Source: Cenarchaeum sp. (GTDB lineage: Archaea > Thermoproteota > Nitrososphaeria > Nitrososphaerales > Nitrosopumilaceae). Taken from it: a stretch of DNA of 64,000 nt. Where the stretch lies: assembly GCA_965212015.1 (NCBI GenBank), contig OZ243037.1, positions 960,001-1,024,000 of the forward strand, written 5' to 3'. A program made the position numbers and the translations under genes. Below, piece by piece: positions 57,703 through 64,000 of this stretch (its first letter is position 1; the number at the start of each line of letters is the position of its first letter). Under the pieces are notes generated by a model that worked only from the letters and a program-made list of their open reading frames with translations, searched no databases and was not told the origin of the DNA.

Positions 57703-58436
57703 GGATTCCGGGCCGCCGCCCTCCCACATTATGATCCAGTCCGATCCGCACCATATCGTGCCTGTACATAATACCTTGGCGCCGCCATGGCATTTTACGG
57801 GCATTATCGCGGAAAACGGCGATCCGCCGCCTGAGAGTCGCGTTTCGGATCTGCCATTGGGCGCGGATGCGACGGAATATCAGATCCAGAATCCGATGGA
57901 TGCTGCCTGTTTAATCCCGTACAAATATCACGCCGGAATCGTGCTCCCCGCCTGCCAGTCCGCGCATTGCCGTGGTCATGCCATCCCCGCAAAAGGATTC
58001 AAATCGCACAATTTCACCCGTAACTGCCAGTCCCGTCGCCATTCCGGAATCCGCATCCACTGCGGCGTGCAATTTCCTGTTTTATCGCGCTTTGCATCCG
58101 GCAACTGCCTGTCACCATTCCGGTACTGTCGCGATTGTACCGTGAATTTTCCCCCGGCAGGGGCCAAATCCGGCGCGATGCCGCCTGCGGAATGCGACGG
58201 CACTGCAGGACGGCGGTTCTGCACGCTTGTGCCTGCCGATATGCACCGGGACGATCTAGTCGGAATACGAGTCCGTCTTTTCCGTTCATGCCGCGATCCC
58301 CATCTGGTTATTCCAGGGCACGTTTGTCGATGCGGATCGGCGGCATTGTCATGATCCAAAGCTCCCGGTCTTGCTGTGCGGACAAACGGCCCAGATTTGT
58401 CCATGTGGAAAAATCAGGCAGCCTGTGACAGGGCAT
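57703..58436 (-). mobile_element. Heavily decayed copy of the 30312-31346 IS5 element
   Basis: Collinear matches such as TATCACGCCGGAATC, GATTGTACCGTG, CACGTTTGTCGATG, and end GGAAAAATCAGGCAGCCTGTGACAGGGCA vs GGAAAAATTAGGCAGCTTGTGACACAGAGCA. Confidence 0.82.
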
Positions 58437-58584
58437 TCCTTCTTTGATCATTAAAGGCACACTCGTGATCCAAATGTATGGCCGGATCCGCAGTTCGGAT
58501 GGGATTAGGCGACGGCCGGGTTTTTCATTCGTGTCGGCCCGGTACTGTACGATCAGGGGCAGGCGGTGCCGGCTTTGCAAAAAG

Positions 58585-58659
58585 TGGGCCTGAAGAGCTT
58601 CGATCTCTTGACCATTGGATTAGAAGTCCAACACTCTATCCATGCTGAGCTACAGGCCC
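58585..58659 (-). tRNA. tRNA-Arg(TCT)
   Basis: GGGCCTG/CAGGCCC acceptor; TTGGA-CTTCTAA-TCCAA anticodon arm. Confidence 0.93.
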
Positions 58660-58753
58660 ACAAAAATTTTGATGGCCGCTTCCATTTTAAGGGTTTAGAA
58701 GCATCCGGCATGATACCACAAAAGCATTAAGGGGCCATACGCGGGGTTTTGTC

Positions 58754-59632
58754 ATGCGTCCGGATCAAATAATCTGCGGGGACAATGCGGAGGTATTGTC
58801 CGGGATGGACGGCGATACGGTGGATCTCACCATAACGTCGCCCCCGTACAGAAACGCCATAGACTACAACCTGCACGCACAGCACGGCCACGATCCGGAA
58901 AAGAACTATCGCGGCAAGCTCACCATTACGGTTCCCCAATACATCGCAGACATGGGCCGCATCTTCGGCCAGGTGCACAGGGTGACCAAGCCGGGGGGCT
59001 ATTGCTGTATAGTGATAGGAAACGAGATAAACCACGGGACGCTCGAGCCCCTGCCCGCGCTGCTCGCAGCAGAGCTGTACAAGCAGGGGTGGTTCCTGCA
59101 CGAGGAGATAGTCTGGCACAAGGTGACCGGCGGGGCAAACAGGGCCGGAAGCTTTGTCCAGCGGCCGTATCCCACATATTTCAGGGCAAACATAATGCAC
59201 GAGACAATCCTGGTGATGAGAAAGGGTGAAAACCGCCTGAGAAAGACGCAGTGCGCGTTTGCAGAGATCAACCAGGATGTGACGTGGAAGGAGATTGTAA
59301 ACTCTGTATGGCATATCGCCCCGGTGCCCCCCAGATTCCTGAACCATCCGTGCCCGTATCCAGAAGAGATACCGTACAGGCTGATAAACCTCTACTCAAA
59401 CGAGGGCGACCTGGTGCTAGACCCGTTCAACGGGGCCGGCCAGACCACAAAGGCCGCCAGATACCTGCAAAGGAGGTTTTTGGGAATCGACATACAGGAG
59501 AGCTATGTGAGATACGCAAGGGAGCGCCTCGGCGAGGAGCCGCACATCAGGGACGAGTCGCTCACGCTAGAGTTTGAGCGGCAGGGCGGATCCATTCCAA
59601 AGTGGAAGAAAATCCCCACAAAAAGGGTCTAG
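58754..59632 (+). CDS. Beta-class N4-cytosine/N6-adenine DNA methyltransferase
   Basis: TSPPY motif IV before HPCPYP and VLDPFNGAGQT motif I. Confidence 0.92.
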   Translation: MRPDQIICGDNAEVLSGMDGDTVDLTITSPPYRNAIDYNLHAQHGHDPEKNYRGKLTITVPQYIADMGRIFGQVHRVTKPGGYCCIVIGNEINHGTLEPLPALLAAELYKQGWFLHEEIVWHKVTGGANRAGSFVQRPYPTYFRANIMHETILVMRKGENRLRKTQCAFAEINQDVTWKEIVNSVWHIAPVPPRFLNHPCPYPEEIPYRLINLYSNEGDLVLDPFNGAGQTTKAARYLQRRFLGIDIQESYVRYARERLGEEPHIRDESLTLEFERQGGSIPKWKKIPTKRV

Positions 59633-59713
59633 CGGTGTGAGGCGGCATCAAGACTCGGGTTAGCTTATAGCTACCCAATCTTTTTAATTCGGACTAGCTG
59701 AATCAAGGCCGGA

Positions 59714-61594
59714 TTGCGACTAGTAATATCCGTGTTGATTGCTGCTGCGCTTGCGGCAGGCCTGGGCCACGCCGGCGCAGTGATGTACCAGAGCGAGTAT
59801 GCGGTACTGGACATCAGGGAGCCGTTTGAGACTGCACACTGGAGCGACGGCACGGTCATGTCGACTAGCACCACGGTGGACGGGTTTGTGACCATAGGCG
59901 GCAACGACTACCGGGTGAAAAACGTAAAGGCCCAGGTTTTGGGCGATTCAATCGTGTTTAGCACCGAGAGCATTACCGCATACATGACAAAGCACCGGGG
60001 CGGATGGGACATTAGCGCCCACACGTATGATCCGGGGCAAAACAAGCTGGTTTCGTCGTCCACAAAGACCGCAGCAGACAAGCCTGTCGTCAAAACGACG
60101 GAGGAAACGCCGGAGGAGATAAAGACGGTACAGGGCGGCGAGGCAAAGCTGGACGGAAAGAACCTAAAGGTGCTCATAGACAACCCGGTAAGGACCAGAC
60201 TATACCAGACCTTTACCGTGGAGGTGACCATATACGATACGGACATAAACTCCCAGCCGGAGCTGTTCCCGCATAATGGCGGGCTGGTAAACGACATTCC
60301 GGTAAAGGTGTCCCTTACCGGCAAGATTGACGGCAAAAAGCTGGTCGAAAAGGGCGGCGTTACCAAAAAGGGGGTGTATGACTTTGAATATTACTGGAAG
60401 TTCAGCGACGTCAGGCAAGAGTACGCCGTGCTAGTAGACGTCGATGATGGCGGATTTACCAAGACCGTAAAGACGTACTATTACGGGTTTATAGACGATT
60501 TGGTCTCAGACGTGACGCCGCCGATGTTCATGCCGCCGCCGATGAATCGTACTATAGTGCAAGGCGAGTCGATAAAAATCGAGGGCAATATGATGAGCGG
60601 TTATATAATAAACAGCAGTAGAATAGAGGCCAACGGCACGAAAACCCCCGTGGACATTTGGGAGGTAGAGCATAGTAATGGCACCGTGACCAGAGTAAAT
60701 GCAATAGACTTTGTGGATCCGAATCCGATAATATTGAATAGTTTGGGAATCGATGATGAGGGTGATGATGGAATTGGCATGTTTAAGCTAGGCAATCATA
60801 CAATAATGTGGAATGCCATGGACTTTAAAGAGAATACGTCATACGCAACACAGATGATTATCGTAGAGGACACTACGCCGCCGGAGCTTACGATACCAAT
60901 GGATAGTACGAGAGAGGCGAAAAATCAGACCAACACTCTTACAATATTGAACATTACCAATGCCATTGAAGGCGAGATGCCAGATTTAGTCTCCGCAGTG
61001 GATATAGTGGATGGAGAGGTAATGCATATAGGCAGTATGAATAAAACGGTGTCAGAAAATGGAAAAATGACATTAATGCACAATTTCACGACGGGAAATT
61101 ATAAATTGAACAATGCTAATCCATCAATCACAATACCGATACTGTGGAATGCCACAGATGCTAGTGGAAATTCAGCGTTTGGAATACAAAATGTCACATT
61201 AAACGACACGGCTCCTCCTATGTTTGTTGAAAATGGTACGGTGATATATGTAGAAGATATGATGGTGATGAATTCAACAGGTACGAAGGATAATCCAGTG
61301 TTATTGATGGATATCGTTAGGATGACCCCAGTCATGCTGGAGGAGATTATGATTATGATGGGAACAGTCATGCTGAATAACACCGTAATATTCAATGCGA
61401 CGGATCTCGTGGATCCGAATCCCACTATAACTCCGACTTATGAGCCAGAAATTCCAGAGGATGCATCCTCAATAAGCAACACCACCATAACATGGAAGGC
61501 CACAGATTTCAACGGAAATTCGAATTTCGCAATGCAAACAATCACAATAACAAATTCAAGTACAAGTTCAGAGTCAGATACAGAAGATCCATAA
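59714..61594 (+). CDS. Secreted protein with three HYR/Ig-like repeats in an AT-rich C-terminal half
   Basis: Signal peptide; D[VT][TA]PP...[IL].W.A.D..[GE]N...Q.[IV] repeats. Confidence 0.8.
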   Translation: MRLVISVLIAAALAAGLGHAGAVMYQSEYAVLDIREPFETAHWSDGTVMSTSTTVDGFVTIGGNDYRVKNVKAQVLGDSIVFSTESITAYMTKHRGGWDISAHTYDPGQNKLVSSSTKTAADKPVVKTTEETPEEIKTVQGGEAKLDGKNLKVLIDNPVRTRLYQTFTVEVTIYDTDINSQPELFPHNGGLVNDIPVKVSLTGKIDGKKLVEKGGVTKKGVYDFEYYWKFSDVRQEYAVLVDVDDGGFTKTVKTYYYGFIDDLVSDVTPPMFMPPPMNRTIVQGESIKIEGNMMSGYIINSSRIEANGTKTPVDIWEVEHSNGTVTRVNAIDFVDPNPIILNSLGIDDEGDDGIGMFKLGNHTIMWNAMDFKENTSYATQMIIVEDTTPPELTIPMDSTREAKNQTNTLTILNITNAIEGEMPDLVSAVDIVDGEVMHIGSMNKTVSENGKMTLMHNFTTGNYKLNNANPSITIPILWNATDASGNSAFGIQNVTLNDTAPPMFVENGTVIYVEDMMVMNSTGTKDNPVLLMDIVRMTPVMLEEIMIMMGTVMLNNTVIFNATDLVDPNPTITPTYEPEIPEDASSISNTTITWKATDFNGNSNFAMQTITITNSSTSSESDTEDP

Positions 61595-61613
61595 TACGCC
61601 GGTTAGCCGGGAG

Positions 61614-63056
61614 TCACTCTGTCAGTTCCTTGACCCTGCGCGACAGCTCATCCAGAGAATTTGATATCTCATTATCCCGCCTCGTAATCTCGGTGCGCCG
61701 CGCGTTTATCGTCTTTTTCCTGGCCCGTATCATGCGCCTCTGCTCTGCAAACCCCGACGAGCCCTGCGATGTCCTGTCACGAAGCGACGAGGAGACCGTA
61801 ACTGAGTGCAGAATTTCTGCAATCACGCCAGAGTCCACGCCCTCAATCTCGCCGGGCGTGATCTTATTCAGCGGCTTTTTTGACTCGTGGGCCTGCTGCA
61901 CCAGGCGGCCAGTTATCTTGTGCGCGGTCCGAAACGGGACCCCCCGCTGCACTAGCTTTTCTGCAATGTCAAGGGCCACAAGATATCCGCCACGGGCGGC
62001 CTTTGCCATCGCCTTTTCATTTACGTAAAGCGTCAGCAGTACTGACTTTACCATTACGAGTGCGCCTATCGCATCGCGGGACGCGCCCCAGACCGGCGAC
62101 TTTATCTCCTGCAAATCCCGGCCGTATCCGCTGGCCAATCCCTTGAGCGAGGAGAGCACGCCGACAAGGCCGCCTGTCGCGCGCGCAGTCTTGCCGCGCA
62201 CCAGCTCCATTACGTCGGGGTTTTTCTTTTGCGGCATTACGCTGGAGGGCGAGGCAAACTCGTCGGCAAGCTCGATAAACGAGAACTCCGTGCTGGACCA
62301 TATCACAAAGTCCTCGGCAAGCCTGCTCATGTTGGTCATCATTATGCATATGGCAGACATGTATTCGGCCACAAAGTCCCTCGCACTTGTGGCGTCAAGC
62401 GAGTTCTCCACCAGGCCGCAGAATCCCAGCAGCTTTGCAGTCGTGTTGCGGTCAATTGGCAGGCTTGTTCCCCCCACGGGGCCCGCCCCAAGCGGGCTCT
62501 GGTTTACTCGCGCAAACACCTCGGATAACCTCTCCAAATCGCGCAGCAGCGCGTCGGCGTGCGCCAAAAGATAGTGCGAAAACGTGCCGGCCTGCGCCTG
62601 CTGCAGGTGCGTGTAAAGCGGCATTACGGTTTTTTTGTGCCTGTCGGCAAGCGAGACTAGCGCCTCTATCGCATCCAAAAGGCAGCCGCACGCAATGTTA
62701 ATGTCATCACGCATCTTCATCCTCATGTCAAGGGCGACCTGGTCGTTTCTGGAGCGGGCAGTGTGCATCCTTCCGCCGTGCTCGGGGCCCGCCCTTTTTA
62801 TCACGGCGGCCTCTATCTGCTCGTGAATGTCCTCAGAACCGTCCACGACTGGTCCTGCGTCTTTTATCTCCAAAAGGGCGCCTAGTATCCTTTTTGCGCT
62901 CTCGGCAGTTATCAGATCATTTTCGTACAGCATTATAACGTGGGCCTGGCTGCCCAGAATGTCGTATATGGCAATCTCAGAGTCGTCTGATACGGATGAG
63001 ACAAAATCAAGCGTAATCCCGCCTAGATCGTTTCCAAGTCTGGATCGGTACAACAC
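61614..63056 (-). CDS. argH: Argininosuccinate lyase
   Basis: HTARSRNDQVA, YTHLQQAQ, SSVMPQKKNPD. Confidence 0.97.
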   Translation of the reverse strand: MLYRSRLGNDLGGITLDFVSSVSDDSEIAIYDILGSQAHVIMLYENDLITAESAKRILGALLEIKDAGPVVDGSEDIHEQIEAAVIKRAGPEHGGRMHTARSRNDQVALDMRMKMRDDINIACGCLLDAIEALVSLADRHKKTVMPLYTHLQQAQAGTFSHYLLAHADALLRDLERLSEVFARVNQSPLGAGPVGGTSLPIDRNTTAKLLGFCGLVENSLDATSARDFVAEYMSAICIMMTNMSRLAEDFVIWSSTEFSFIELADEFASPSSVMPQKKNPDVMELVRGKTARATGGLVGVLSSLKGLASGYGRDLQEIKSPVWGASRDAIGALVMVKSVLLTLYVNEKAMAKAARGGYLVALDIAEKLVQRGVPFRTAHKITGRLVQQAHESKKPLNKITPGEIEGVDSGVIAEILHSVTVSSSLRDRTSQGSSGFAEQRRMIRARKKTINARRTEITRRDNEISNSLDELSRRVKELTE

Positions 63057-63101
63057 TGGGATTCTTGAATGGTTATATATAGCATAAACGCTTTGCCATT
63101 C

Positions 63102-63416
63102 ATGACACAGGACATAAAGCAGCTGCGCGTAAAGATCTTCGATGAGCTCTCAAAGATTGTCGATCCAGAGATAAACACGACAATAACTGAGCTGGAGCTG
63201 ATCGACGAGGTGGACATTGCCGACTCTACAGTCAAAGTCGACTTGCACCTGACCAGCCCGTTCTGCCCGGCAGTCTTTGGCTTTAAGATCTGCCAGGACA
63301 TACACGACAACCTCCTAAAGGTGGACGGAATAGACGACGTAAAGGTGAACGTCTCGAATCACTTTATGGCAGAGCAGATAAACAACCAGGTAAACAACAG
63401 TCCAAAGCCGCAATAG
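63102..63416 (+). CDS. DUF59/MIP18 Fe-S cluster assembly protein
   Basis: IVDPEI..TITELELI, LTSPFCP. Confidence 0.9.
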   Translation: MTQDIKQLRVKIFDELSKIVDPEINTTITELELIDEVDIADSTVKVDLHLTSPFCPAVFGFKICQDIHDNLLKVDGIDDVKVNVSNHFMAEQINNQVNNSPKPQ

Positions 63417-63500
63417 GGTTCTGCTATACCCGGCAATCCGGGGGGTGCAGAGGCCCATATCGACACAGTCAGAGTTTTTCCATATCATTTATGGACAAAA

Positions 63501-64000
63501 TCAGCTGTGCGGTGCAATGTTTGGTATCGCTATACTCATAGTCAGGGAAACAGTTTCGGATTCATATAGTTTGGCAGTCACAGGCCCCCCTGTTTTTTAA
63601 AAACAATGACGATCTAAGGTATAATTCCCAAATCCAGTACCATAACTCACTATCGGGATTAATCGGCTCGACATTGAGTTTCAAAACGTTTTTTGCCTCT
63701 GTATAATCTATAACTTTGCCGTGGGATTTGTACGTCTTGCCGTCAGATAGCCAAGTGGCCACTTGCTTTGCTTGTTTTTCATCGTCTTTTAACATGTACC
63801 GTGAAAGCCAAGTGGATGCAAAGCATTTTGCGTCATCTATGGCGGATTGACATATGGAAATCAATTCAGGTCTTACTTGTTGTAGCATGGACAGATACAT
63901 GTTAGGAGGATCACCTTCTCTGACGTTTTTTCTTACAAATTCCAAACCATCGATGAAAGAACGTGCTGGAATGGGAGGTTCTGATCGATTGAGTGAAATC
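63501..64000 (-). CDS. SDH-family ClpP-like serine protease, C-terminal part (runs off window), AT-rich, probable frameshift near 63585
   Basis: WLSDGKTYKSHGKVIDYTEAK...L.VE...IWELY motif; alternative frame continues AKLYESETVSL to a stop at 63501. Confidence 0.65.

Noticed and set aside
57701-58580. ORFs of 217, 142, 97 and 90 aa upstream of giant gene B
   Set aside because: Chance frames across the decayed IS5 copy
49093-58659. tRNA-Arg-anchored integrative island carrying giant gene B
   Set aside because: No duplicated tRNA 3' end and no integrase found in the window

Overview
Archaeal chromosome segment, most likely a GC-rich ammonia-oxidising archaeon (Nitrosopumilaceae, possibly host-associated; inferred from gene content and protein style). 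The core backbone has gltX, a mevalonate/isoprenoid cluster, rps2-eno-rpoN, KEOPS kae1/bud32, taw1, tgtA, trxB, argH and three tRNAs (His, Leu, Arg). Accessory material includes two thrombospondin type-3 repeat proteins, two giant paralogous surface proteins (about 2409 and 2838 aa), one complete-ended and two decayed IS5-family elements, and decaying defence-like genes. Main observations: (1) a 60-bp GTAA-ended MITE-like element with 8-bp target duplications occurs four times, always in the same orientation and 19-21 nt upstream of a TATA box; (2) G11/G12 tracts sit between the TATA box and ATG of both giant surface-protein genes, a candidate phase-variation switch; (3) the giant paralogues are recombination mosaics; (4) a fossil IS copy appears to have decayed mainly by A:T to G:C changes. 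All alignments and counts were done by eye; no database searches were run.
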